From Eledone cirrhosa (lineage: Eukaryota), in NCBI GenBank assembly GCA_964016885.1, contig OZ024742.1, positions 320,106,001 through 320,170,000 on the forward strand: DNA of 64,000 nucleotides. Reading direction: 5' to 3'. The notes under the pieces are model-generated. The model worked only from the letters and a program-made list of their open reading frames with translations. It was not told the origin of the DNA and ran no database searches. Shown in pieces: positions 1 through 17,115 of the stretch; position 1 is the stretch's first letter; each line of letters begins with the position of its first letter. The position numbers and the translations under genes were made by a program.

Positions 1-1753
1 GTTTATGTTCTGTATCATTATATATTGTTCTATATTTATATTTAACCAGACCTCACGACTCACACTGACAATTTATAGGACGCTGTTTACATTCTAAATT
101 CTGAGGCATAACTTATGAATAAAAATAGTGTGACCTGGCAAAGATGACATAAAATAAATGAACCTCTCTTTGTACGATGAATGTTCCAATATTAAACAAT
201 ATATTAAGAATGCAATTTACAGGAGAGATATGTAGAGAGTCAAACTCCGCACTTTTGACTACGGTATGTATCTGAGCAGTTGCGCTTTGCTGACACGATG
301 ATGAACGTATTGCCACGAAGAACAACCAGCTATACCTGCTACATCAGCCATTCCACCTCGTGGGACTCCTTCCTCAAGCGTGATCCCCGCCTCCTCATGA
401 TTTGACTGAGGAAAACAGCAGTCCGGGGACCGAGAATACTAGAGGTCTCGATGGCGACAGGCACAAAAATGAAACGGTCAGATAATGGAACAACCGACTC
501 ATGAAATTAACTTGTAGGTGGCTGAGTATTTCATAAGCTCGTGTACTCTTAACGCTTGAATTATGAAAGTAATCGGAGTGCCGTGGCAAAGCAAAAAAAA
601 AGTACAAGTAATATACCTTCGTCGGTTTCGATGATGGTTGTTCCAGTTGTTCCATCAACGGTACAGCCTGTTCATGAAATCAACAAGTAAGTGGTTGAAT
701 GAATCCCTAGTCTCAATTCTACGATTTGACTTATGAACGCAAACATTGAGACGTGGCGAATTTTTTTTTTTTTTTAAATGTAAATAGACCTCCATCGGTT
801 TCGACGATCGAAAGAACGACCTACTTGTGAAATGAAAGTGTTAGAGGCTGAGTATCCCACAGACACATATAACCCCAACGTAATTCTCAGTGAGATTCAG
901 TGAAACTCAATGTATGACATTTAGCGGGTTTCTAAACAGTCTCTGTCTATCCAATTTCATTTACAAGGCTTGAATCGACCGATACGCGGTGGTGGTAAAA
1001 GATACTTGCTCAAGATTCCAAGTAATGGGATCAAATTAGTGACCTACTGATTATAAAACAAACTTCTTATCCTGCGTCCAGGGCAAGACACGAAATAGGA
1101 ACATATTTTATTATGCTGTTGTTGTTGTTGTTGCTGTTACTGCTGTTGTTGTAGTAGTAGTAGTAGTTGTTGTTGTTGTTGTTGTTACTACTGCTGCGGT
1201 TGTTGTTTTGCTGCTACTGCTGTTGTTGTTGCTGTAGTAGTTGTTGTTTCCGTCCTAGTTAAGCTCAGTTCGAGCAAACCTATGATCAAAATCATTCCAG
1301 CCATGAACATACTGTGTTTGGGGAATGTATGGGTAAAATCTAGATCTACTTTGACCGACATATGCTTCCTTTTTTAAAACAACAAAGTATGATTTAAGAA
1401 AGATTTGGTTGTTATTTCTTAAATATCGTTGTCACTAGCTTTTGTTGTGTTTTGACCACTGGTCAGTCCTAATCCGGCAGACCTATGATGAAAAACGATT
1501 TAGCTATGAGCCTCCTTTGTTATCATTCGTTTTTGTTTTTTAAACAGTGGGTTGGAACGTGAGGGAGATTGACTATTATTTTCTGCACGTCGATAAACTA
1601 AATGTATGTTCCCTCGTTGACACTACCGGTGTTGCTTTTTGTTTGTTTGTGTTGCTTTTATTTTTATATTTTTTTGTTGAGCTAAAGTCAGTCCTGATCA
1701 AACAGACGCATGCCCAAAAGAGATTTAACCTCGACTATGTCGTCCCTCTAGAG

Positions 1754-2094
1754 CAAAGGTTCTCAAAGTGGGCGCTAGGGCCTAAGGGGGAGGTGGAGGA
1801 GCAATAGAGATGCTATAATAGTATATTAAATATCAAATGATACATATTATATATATATATATATAGTAATAATAATAAATTTGAAGACTATATATATATA
1901 TATAGTAAAATAAAAAGTATATGATATTTATTTATACATAGTATTATTTGTTGTATATAAATTGTCGATTTTATTTATTATATATTATTTACATTTTGTG
2001 TGTAGGCAGGTCTTTCTGGATATAGGGGTGGGGCGCTGAGGGTATTACGTGGCCATGAGTGGGGCGGTGACCCCAAAAAGTTTGAGAACCTCTG
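1754..2094. mobile_element. hAT (Charlie-like) MITE with an 8-bp TSD CTCTAGAG
   Basis: TIRs CAAAGGTTCTCAAA and TTTGAGAACCTCTG. Identical CTCTAGAG at 1746-1753 and 2095-2102, the NTCTAGAN target typical of Charlie elements. Confidence 0.9.
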
Positions 2095-2374
2095 CTCTAG
2101 AGACACAATATATCTAGGACTATATTTTCTAATACATACTGCTTTTTTTGTGTCAGTAACCGATGACTTGCGGGAAGTTTGGCTGCTATTTCTAGCATGC
2201 TGAAAGATAACATAGAGATTCTGTCATTGGTCTGCGTACGAACTACATCATTATTTTGTTTTATGTGGAGGCCTTACCAAAATGAGAACAAAACTCTCTC
2301 TTACCATGATAAACATTTTGTCGGCTCAATGGGAGAAGCTAAACGCCATTTCTCGACCTGCTAGAAATAACAGA

Positions 2375-2426
<52 letters not shown>

Positions 2427-2819
2427 CGTACACAACCAACAACATTTTTTTTAATGTGTTCCTGATGCCCCCCCCCTCCATACACACACATGTATTTCAT
2501 GACTCGTACACTGTTCATTTTCCTGACATTTGTACATTATTCTATGTACTATACATGCACCTTTGGTGAGTTGTAGTGCACTTGAGCACTATACACAATA
2601 ATTACATTATTATTACATTGAATAGTGTAGTCATAGATAAAATATTCCCGGAAAGGAAAGAAAAAAAAGGTGGATATGGTCACAGCTGGAATGCCTTTGA
2701 TAATAGGTGTGCTGTGTAGAATCAGATCTGAACTGGAAATTAACACAACAACAAATAAGAACACTTCGTCGATATATCATATGAATACATGTGAGGTCAT
2801 ATCGATAACAGTGATAACA

Positions 2820-3125
2820 TATGGTTTACAGCTTGGAATGTTCGGCTCACGAACATAACGTTGTGAGTTAGATTTCAAGCGGGATGTTATGTCCTTAACC
2901 AAGACATTTTATTTCACATTCCTCCAGTCGACTCGACCGGAGAAAATTTGAGTTGTAATTAAAATGACCAGCCTTGTTACCCTCTGTCACGCTGAATCTC
3001 CACGAGAATTATGTTACGGGTACACATGTCTGTGAAATTCTCGGCCACTTGCACGTTAATTTCACAAGCAGACCGTTCGGTTCATCGAACATCTGGCACA
3101 ACCATCGTCGAAACCGACGGAGTCC
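2820..3125 (+). mobile_element. SINE, second family copy
   Basis: Collinear with 60117-60420. Confidence 0.72.
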
Positions 3126-3578
3126 ATTCTTACTGAGGAAGTTATATCGATCGTGTTATATCTACCAGCAGAAAAGCACCCTTCGGGTGCTTTTCTGCTA
3201 GCATGTGTAGTGTGTATATTGATATTATACGCAGGTATATATGCATGTAGATATGATACATCAAATAAAATCGTAATTGACAATATACACAGAAATTGAA
3301 CGAAGACTGCGTTACATTGTCTTATGTAATCAGTAACGTAATCCATGATACATTAAAAAGACGATATTATATATAAACTGCATTAGGAGAAAATTAGTGA
3401 CGGAAATTTATGAATGTTTATTTAAGCGATCGCTAACCGGAAGTGTTGACATTGAACATTTTAAAGAAGTGAATGTTAAAATAAGCCACAAAATTATTTA
3501 TATTTTATCAAGAATAACGAAATTTAGCAGATAAATTATGTAATATTCATTCATTATTTATTCAAAGTAATCTAACTT

Positions 3579-3778
3579 NNNNNNNNNNNNNNNNNNNNNN
3601 NNNNNNNNNNNNNNNNNNNNNNNNNNNNNNNNNNNNNNNNNNNNNNNNNNNNNNNNNNNNNNNNNNNNNNNNNNNNNNNNNNNNNNNNNNNNNNNNNNNN
3701 NNNNNNNNNNNNNNNNNNNNNNNNNNNNNNNNNNNNNNNNNNNNNNNNNNNNNNNNNNNNNNNNNNNNNNNNNNNNNN
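3579..3778. other. Assembly gap (200 N)
   Basis: Run of N. Confidence 0.99.
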
Positions 3779-7008
<3,230 letters not shown>

Positions 7009-8432
7009 CCAAAGCATTCTAATAAATATTGCCTGTACAGGTAATCAAAGTGTATACATTTTTTTCCACACCCTGTATGTAGCTATGTATGTATGTATGT
7101 ATGTATACATTATGCATATATATATATATATATCTAATTGTTAGTCTTTATCAGGTAAACCTAAAATATAGTCACCTGTAATGTATAGCGAAACAATCCC
7201 ATGTGTGAGGCCTACACCTAGAATATCTTTTATTTGTCGCCTACACCTAGAATATCTTTTATTTGTCATGAAAATGTTACATTTAATTTTCATTTGATAT
7301 GCAGTTTTTTTCAAACTAAACTCCAGACAGAATAAAACTTTTTTTTAAAAATGTAGGAAAGACCGGTTTGTGTTCTATAAAACTTGAGATAGCAACCGGC
7401 ATTTTAATACGATATATATTCACACAGGACGCGTTAAGTTAGTCACCTAAAGTATATTTTACAACTTCAGGTAACACCAAGTATTTTATTAAATGATTTG
7501 ATTAATTATAAATCAGGTGCTGTATTGTTTTAAAAAATATTTAATTATTAATTGTTAGTTTAAAGTTAAGGTTTATTATCTGTAAACCTATTTTACAAAC
7601 ATTGGCGTAGTTGTAATTTTATAATTTATCGAGTGTCATTATTTAAATATGAGACAACAAAGGTACCGCAGATTTTTCTAAAGTATTTTTATATACAACA
7701 CAGAAAGATACTTTAAAATCAAACTGCCCCTGGTTTTATTTTTAAAGTGTTTATATTTATTTAAACGGTTTCCATCATAATTATTTTAAAATCATACATG
7801 GTGTCTATAAGAAATATGGTGATGAAAACATTTGGAAGAGGTAAAAGAATAAAAGAATAGTGAAGTCAGCCACGTAAAAGTAGGACATTAAAACCAACTA
7901 AGTTGGGATAAAATTTGTTCACAGGTTGCTGAACTGTTGTTAGTGAGGAAACTGTAACATTACACTCAATAGAAGGGGAAATTAACAAGTGACGGGTGAA
8001 TATATAACTGCAGGCCCTTCCACAGACTGTTGCTTTAGCCTAAGTTCAATCCAGATCCAGCAAAATCTACGACCGAAAGGCATTCCAGCCGTGACCATCC
8101 CATCTTTGTGTACAAAAACCTAAAATCGATATCGTCCCACCCTCCCAAGAAAGAGTGTGATTTGAGGGAACAGTTTGTCTTGGATAGTTTTGAATACATT
8201 TTCAGAGAAATTTTTAAAAAGGGGTAAGGACGTTTCGTTTTCGGTATATAAAATCGAAAACAAGAAAATGAAAGGTACCTGCGTATTCGTTGTCTGTCTA
8301 AATATTTTATTAGCTTTTTTTTTTATTTAATTGATAAAATTCAAGAGTTATTTGCGAGAACTTTTACCCAATAATTATTAGTAATTTTTAAAACCCGTAA
8401 ATAGAAAGTGATTACATGTAGTGGTAATGTCA

Positions 8433-8906
<474 letters not shown>

Positions 8907-10544
8907 CTGAGTAAAGGTAAATGCAATTAAGTTGGAGATGTTAATAGAGTCGTTGCTGGCGACAGTAAGAAAGAAGCGAGGTCGTTAGCTCCTTTTATGT
9001 GAATTTTCATGAAATGTCGTCATAGAATACACCCCCCTATATGTGTCTATGTATGGTGTGAAGGCAAGTGGTGTGTGTCAGTTCAGTGTGATTAAGTATG
9101 TGTGCTTAAGTATCCTCACACACACACACACACATATATATGTGTGTGTGTGTGTGTAGGCTTAAATATATATATAGGTGTGATGCTTAAGAATATATAC
9201 GTGTGTGAATGCTTAAATATATTATATATATATGTGTGTGTATGCTTAAGTATATATATATGTGTGTGTATGTATGCTAAAGTGTAAATATGTGTGGGTT
9301 TAGTTCATTTTATGCGTCTAAATATGTGTGCGTTTGTATGAGTTAAAGTGTCTACATATATATGTTTGTAATCTTTCTTTTGTTTTTGTGCGTGTGCAGT
9401 GTAATCATTTGTGTGTAGTCTTTACTATATGTGATAAAGTGACAAGGAAGATATTATTCTCTCAAAAAAAGATGTAATAAAGAGACGTCTCAAGTGTCAG
9501 TTAGTGGCATTCATTTTCAACCTCGTAGTTAGAAATCCTGTGGACGATGGAGGGGGTTAAAATTTTTATTTACAATATAAAAATCAAATTACATAAAAGT
9601 GAAAGAAAACGGAATACTTTCAATTAATACTTAACAGTTTTTATTACTGAACATTATCGAAAGTAGACTATTTTCATTATGCTTTCTAATTTCTTGTTGA
9701 TAATGAATAATAACAATTAGGATAAGCTATAGATTTATTGTCATTCCTACGACTAGCCTTGAACCGAAACCCCTTCTCATTTCATCCGATAACGGACGGA
9801 CAAGGAACTTTATATGCACATTTACATGGACAAAATTGTCCAATGTTCCCACTGCACTGTGAATGTAATTGAAATCACTATTTTCATAATTTCTATCCAC
9901 ATTTTCATCTCGATATATATAGTTAAATATATATATATACAAATGGAAGTTAGAAATGGCTTCTGTGGTTAGCCCCGATTTAACCCGGTATAAACTTTAT
10001 ATATATATATATATATATATACAAAAAAAATACAAAATATAACAAAAAAAATACAAAATGAGAGAGGAAAAAATGTGAGAAAAAACAATGTATATATATA
10101 TATATACATTGTTTTTTCTCACATTTTTTCTTCTCTCATTTTGTATTTTTTTTGTTTTTGATTCATGTGATAGAAGATATTAACTAATTGTTTGTTTAAT
10201 TATTACGTTGTTATACTTTAAATTTATCTTCCATTCTTCGTTACGGTACTGTAATATATCTGTAATATATATCTGTAATATCCAATATTGATCCTCTTTT
10301 CATAATTTCTAACTATAACTTACACATATTTTTTTTTATTAACTTCAATCAAGATTTTCTCTTTTTTTATTTTCACACTGGTAAACCACAAATTTATTCA
10401 AAAGCAAAAAAAAAAAAAAACCTTATTTAGTAATAAAAAATAAAAAAAGGGAAACACAAGGAAAGAAAGAATAGGGAAATATATAAAAAGAAAGAAAGAA
10501 AGAAAATAAATAACTGGTGTCGCAGAAGAGAGAGTGGGGTGAGG

Positions 10545-11400
10545 GAGGGTGATTGGGCTTTGGCTCTAGGACGATGGCCAGTGACACCCGCTGCAGCAGC
10601 CACCCAACTTCGCGGGGCTTCACCCTTAGACTGGCCGCCGACTCTCCGATCTTGCGGAGGAGCTTGGCACTACGGGGTCCAAGTACGCCTGAGGTCTCGG
10701 CGGCGACTGGTGCGAAGTGGAAGTGGCTGGACGAACCCCGGTATTTGTTTATCTTTCTTCTGCGATGCCGGGGTTTGTGGCCGAAGCGACTAAGTTGGAG
10801 GCGGAGAACGTGTCGCAGCAGGTGGCGTCCTAGATGAGGGATCTACCTCCTTCGAATGGGCAGAGGGTGATTACGCCGGGGCGCTTGCCATCTCCGCGGT
10901 CTAGGTCTGCTGGCTCCAGTTGGGATGAAAAGCCAACTGCGTCCAGGCTTCTTCTCAATATGTCGTTGAGAGCGGCGTGTCGGGGAACCGGTCTGCGCTC
11001 TAACGGCAAGACAGAGGGTGCAGGCCGAACTTGTCAACAACCGCCCTGCAGCAGTATTTATGTGGCTCACACACACGGAGACCAAGGCGTTGGGCTACTC
11101 AGATGCGTGTGTACTCATCATCAAGTAGGGTACCGATTGATGAGGAGGGCACCGAATTGAGCCACGCATCACTGTTGGGCTGAGAAGCGGAGCGGAGGCA
11201 AGCGAGGCGGTGTTGGTCCAAGCCGGATTCGATGCACCTGACAGAAGACCTGCAATTGATGTCATCCCAGTTACGTTGGACCGTGGTATACTGGGGGATA
11301 GAGAGGCCTTCGCCTGTTCCATCTCGGAGGCCAGGTCAGGTTCAACTGTCTGGCTGAGAACCTCACTGACGAGAGCGCGACAAAAGGAGATAGAAGAGAG
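10545..11400 (-). mobile_element. 3' fragment of a CRE-clade (restriction-like endonuclease) non-LTR retrotransposon
   Basis: My translation of the minus strand: AWLNSVPSSSIGTLLD..RLGLRVCEPHK..VDKFGLHPLSC..RFPRHAALNDILRRSL..EPADLDRGDGKRP..ITL..GRSLI*DATC.DT; FAPVAAETSGVLGP..GWLLQRVSLAI. This is the zinc-knuckle, RH and PD..D pattern of RLE domains. Confidence 0.85.
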
Positions 11401-12718
11401 GTAGGCAAGCTTTTAACTTTTAATTTCTAATTTTCAATCTTATTACCAATTATAATTTCCATTGTGAAACCATAATATCTAGGCCCTAGAATTAAGTTTA
11501 TATTCTCTTTGCGGGTGATGGTCAATTCTATTGTCCAAATATAAATTAGGGGTAGTATTGAAACTTATACTCTACCACTACGACAGTTTCGGTCGGCTAC
11601 TGCTGGACGTACGATTAGCAGTAAACTATAACTGAGTTGATAGCATGAACCCTGTGACCGTGTCACCTTACCGGCCTGGATAAGGGAGAGTGGTTGTTTT
11701 TTTCTTGGAGGGGGGGGGGGGGAGTCTAGGCTAGTTTCGTGGTGTTTTGGGGTAGTAGTTAGATGGTTAATTTCCTTCACATTTACGCCTGCGCAAAGCT
11801 GGGGGGGGGGGGATTAGGGTTCACAAGGGAACGGGTGAAGGCGTGTCATTTTAATTTGGATTGCCTCGATAACGTAACCTTATTATGTAACAAGCTGTCT
11901 GATGAGATCATGGCACTGGTTACGCGGAATCGCGTGGCCACTGTCATCATTGAAATATGTATCATAGCCTTATCAATAAAGGACTTTAGCACTTGAAACT
12001 ACTTCGCATTTTCTTATTCTATATATATATATCTCTCTATATAAAATTATTTGACTCTCTGTCTGTCTAAAATAATCTTTCTATAGTAAACGGACATTTT
12101 ATAACACGACAACGACGTCACATTTTGTATATGAATGTGTATGTGTCTGTATGTGTGTGTCTGCGCGTTCGTTACGTACGTTCGACCTTAGTAACTTACA
12201 TACACACACACATCTTCACGTACATATTTAATCAGATACACAGAGAATTAAACACACACACACATCTTCACATACATCTACATATGTGTATGAGTGCATG
12301 TAAGAGTGTATGTGTGTGTGAGTATACATATATTTCTGTGACGACTGACATAATGAAATGCAGTATGAATGTATGTCTATGTTGAAAAATAAATCTCATT
12401 TGGTTACATCCCATGAGAGTATCTTGGTCAGCCTATGGAATTTTCAGCATATAGATATGTGTGAGTGTGTGTGTGTAGAAAAGTGGCGGTAACTTCGAAT
12501 TTCGGCTTAGTCGCTTCATCTGACTACCAGATGAAACGACTAAGCTGAAACTTCAATATCATTGCCACTTTTCAACTTATATATGTGTTTGTGATATGTT
12601 CGTTACACAATTTGAAATAGATAAATACGTCATTGGTGACTCTCACAATCTCGTTTTCTTTTCGCACCCAGGCACTCAGTCGCTATTTTCTCCCGTCTTT
12701 CTTCCTCTCATTCTCTCT

Positions 12719-12789
<71 letters not shown>

Positions 12790-15377
12790 ACGTACGTGTG
12801 TGTGTGAAAGAGCGCGTACATTAAAAAACGTTTCGAATTTCTTTATAGTTCAATCCAGTTTGATGTAATTTTTTCATGCAATTGAATGAATGAGTGAATG
12901 TATGTGTGTATGTGTATGTATGTAAGCATTAAAAAAAATAGGACAAGGCTGATTTTTTCATTATTTTCTTTTTCTCGAATTTATCAACGGAACGGCCTAC
13001 TCGTTAAATTAACATATCTGTGACTGAGTATCCCGTAAACACGTGTACCCTGAGTGTAACTCACATGGATATCCAGTGTGACAAAGCTAACCCTTTAAAT
13101 TACAGGTACAGTTCATCCGACAAGTTTCCAAGCATTTTCTGTCAACCCAATTTCAATCAAAGGCTTGGGCTGACTTGAGGCTATGGTAAATGACACTTGC
13201 CCAAAATGTCACAGTCTGTGTCTCGCTGAATCTCCTTGATAATCACTTTATTGGTACACGTGTCTACGAAATGCACAGCTGCTTGCACGTTAATTTCACG
13301 AAAGGCTATTCCGTTGGTTAAACATACTAGGAACGCTCTTTGGTTAAACCGACAGAGGTCAACCCCCACCCCCCACGATGCACAAACACTATATAATGTA
13401 ACAAAAATAAAATTAACAAAGGAGAAAAAGTCTGTACATCTAAAGCACACACAGACACAGTGAGCACTAACACTCTAAATAGCATAGCAATAAAAGCAAG
13501 TGTAAAACCTTGCGATTAAACTAAAAACAGTATGTAACTAAACTACATTGTGATATCTCTCTCTTTCTCCTTTTATTTTTCTCTCACACACATACACAGA
13601 AAACATTGTCAAGTAAAGAGTTAAAAAGAGAGCGAAAAGAAATAAAATAACAGGAAGAAAGTCACAGTAAAAATGTCATTTTTGGCTGGAAAAGGATTAA
13701 CATTGTGTGTGATGTAAACGTTGGTAGGTTGTGATCATTGTGCATATTTTCTTCATCATTTTACGTTCATTTTTCATGCTGGCATATGGTTGGACGTGTC
13801 GTTAAGATCCGAGACTAGACGGTATGGTTTCTGTAACTGGTTGCCATGACTAATGCCATCCACTTTGCAGAGTGTACTATGTGCATTTTATCGTATCATC
13901 AGCACTAGAAATGCTGTCAAATCTTTGACAAGACTAAAGGGTCCTCTATATTCAACGTCTTCTCGGGTTCTTTTTCTCCTGTAATTTTTTTTACCTGGTT
14001 TCTTTTCCCTGAGTTCAAAATGTGAAGCGAGAAAAAGGCACTACTCGTGCAGCATGAAAATATTAGCAACACTACTTAGTAATAGCACTGGTCTGTAAGT
14101 GGCACAGTTAATAATGATGTAAAAACAACAACTGAGAGTAAACTTAGCCAAAACTAAAGTGCCTGTGAGTAGGAAGGAAGATACTTTTTCCCCACCAATT
14201 TTTTTTTTGAAAATCCTTTGGATTTTGAAAAAAAAAAAAAAAAAATTTCTTTTGAAAAGTTTTTTTGAATTTTGAAGATTTTTTAAAATTTTCCACCACA
14301 AAGGGACCTGTGACAGACAGACGAAAAAACACACACGCACATCACCCCCCCCCCCCCCAAAAAAAAAAAAAATTTGAAGGAATCGTTAAGTTTTGGGAAT
14401 TTTTTTTAATTTTGAAGAAAATTTTTTTTTTAATTTCCCACCACAAAGGGATCTGTGACGACAGACAGGCTGAAAAACACACACACCATAACCCCCCCCC
14501 CATACACACACATGGCTGGAACCCCCCCCCCCCCAAAAAAAAAAACCACACATACACACGTGTGTATGTGTGTATTATTATATATACACCCTCACACTAT
14601 ATATATATATACACACACTCCCTAAAACCATATTCCAATAATAGAATTTCTCTTACACTCCTGCTGCTGCCATACAATTTACCTCTCGCTTACAATTCCC
14701 TTTTGAACTTTTGACTAGTTAATTAACACAATCAGATATACACACACATATTTACACTGTAAACGTGGTTGGTGTTAGGAAGGGCATCCAGCCGTAGAAA
14801 ACCTGCCAGACAGTCCTATATGAGCGAGACATGGTCACTCGACCAATCTTGCCTGAAGTGGAACAATTCCAGTCTAAACCCATGCTAGCGTGCAAGATAG
14901 ACGTTAAACGATGATGATGATGATGATTTACAGATCCCCCCCCAACAACAACAACAACAACTTTGTTCTGTGAAGAAACACAGCTGCTGCTATCTTCACT
15001 ACCACCTCTCTATTAACAAGAACTCATTCTCCAGTCAAATTTTGAGCAAGAAAGATGGGAAAAAAACTTACTCCAACGTTTTATTTTAATTTTAAATCTT
15101 TAATTTTTAGTTTTTAACTCCTATTAATTCTTTTTAATTTTTTATTTCAATACTCAACATTTCATAAGATGAATTTTAATAATACATCGAAACCGGTAAT
15201 ACTTTATATACTTTATATACATTATAAAACCTTTTTTAAAAGAATTGCCCCTCATTTTTTCCATAATGTAATCTTTTCAATAATGTCATCTTTTCAATGT
15301 CACTTTGACGAATCAAAGAAAAGATAAAAAAAAAAAAACAGACCCTTAAATATATTTTCCGTGCTATTTCCAACTTC

Positions 15378-15453
<76 letters not shown>

Positions 15454-15859
15454 TGGTTAGAGGATTGGCCTTGCAATTGAAAGGATGTGAGTTCAATTCT
15501 CAGACCGGGTGATGTGTTGTTTCCTTGAGCAAGACACTTTATTTCACATTGCTCCAGTTTACTCAGCTGTAGAAATGAGATGATAGGGACTGGGGTCCCT
15601 ATCATTCCACTGCAAAGTGGTTGTGGAGGTGCCACGGCAAAAAAGCACCCAGCACTCACTGTAAATGAGGTTGGTGTTAGGAAGGGATCCAGCTGTAGAA
15701 ATCAAGCCAGAATCAGTTCCCGTATCAGCAAGGCATGGTCAGCCGACCGGCTACTGCCTACAACAGGACAACCCATCTAACTCATGCTAGCGTAGAAGAA
15801 CAGACGTAAAACGCTGATGATGATGATGATGATTGCTTCATCTTGTCAGACGAGAGCCA

Positions 15860-16632
15860 TTTCATCATCATTTTAATTCCTCCAACAAGTTTACACCCTC
15901 CCTTGTACACGGAGGTGTCTTTTCAATCCAGCAACTGATTTACAAAGTCTTTGGCACAAGTAACAGATGTATGCCACTGTAAGTACTGGGTTTATTGGAC
16001 CAGGAATTTCATGTTGATGAACATTTATATGGTGTTTTAACCTGGAGTTTGTCTTACATATCTTGCTACAAATTTTACAAGTAGTCACATCTGGAGGTGT
16101 CGAGAGATTTGCAACATAATCTGCATGTGTCATTGTCTGTTCATATATTTTCATATGGTTTACAAAACTGACCCTGAATTAATTTTCTTTCTCTATGTAT
16201 TACAATCAAAAGCTTGCTTTTTCCATAGATTTATATCTAAACCCTAACATTTTACATTTTCCTTAATACAATCTTTGTACATTTTCTTAGGCCCATGCTG
16301 TGGTCTTTTTCTTTGCATAAAGTCACCATAAAAGATTTTTTTTGGGAAGTCTTGCATTATTTATGTGAACAGGAGGCCCTACTCAGCATATCTGACTCTT
16401 AATGACAAGGGAACTGATTGTAGAGCACTCCAATCTTTGTAAAACTTCAGTGTCATGCTTCTCTATTTAATACCTAGGATCTGCCAAAGGCACTTTAGAA
16501 GGAATCTTTCAAGTATCTTGAAATGCCACTGGTGGGTGGTCCATGCTTCACAACTATACAACAAAACTGTAAGCATACATGCCTCATACACAGTTATTTT
16601 TGTCCTCAATGTTATACCTTTATCTGACCACA
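15860..16632 (-). mobile_element. RTE/BovB-like LINE 3' fragment ending in two C2H2-like zinc fingers
   Basis: TKITVYEACMLTVLLYSCEAW, FPKKIFYG..RPQHGPKKMYKD, CKICSKICKTNSRLKHHINVH, CYLCQRLCKSVAGLKRHLRV. Confidence 0.8.
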
Positions 16633-16899
16633 TTCTTTATATACACATATACATACATATATATATATATATATTCACTCGTGGTGAGAATCCGTTGGGT
16701 GAAACGCGCGTCCTCGAGTATGGTTTGCTAATTTGTTATGGAACTAACTTTATATATATATTTGAAATTCAAAATGTAATATTCCCAATGCAAATGGCTA
16801 TGAAAATAGTCAATCACCATAAATAATAGTTGAAAAAATTGGGTTAAGTAATACAAGAGATAGATAAAAGAGTTGCCTACAAGAAAGCAGCAGTCTCTG

Positions 16900-17115
16900 T
16901 CCACTTTTTTCTACAGTTTCTATCCACTTTGAATGTCCTGCACTTCTTTATGCAGCTGTTATCCCCCATACCCATTATGTGTCCATACCAGCACAGTCTT
17001 CTCTCTTGTACTTTGTATCTAATTCCTCTTATGCTCAGCTTTTCTCTCAGTCCATTAATGGTTCATTGTTCATGCACACTGCTACCACACATCTATCAGA
17101 GCATGCTCACCACAT
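16900..17115 (-). mobile_element. Short RTE fragment
   Basis: LREKLSIRGIRYKVQERRLCWYGHIMGM..CIKKCR on the minus strand. Confidence 0.7.

Noticed and set aside
255-395. Possible RTE 3' remnant (GRSPTRW on the minus strand)
   Set aside because: Too short and degenerate to call.
14160-14560. Noisy ~165-bp duplicated unit with long homopolymers and the 149-aa ORF 14265-14714
   Set aside because: Low complexity; looks like poorly polished sequence with no protein motif.
15891-16154. Possible host C2H2 zinc-finger gene
   Set aside because: It is contiguous with RTE ORF remnants, so it is the LINE C-terminus.
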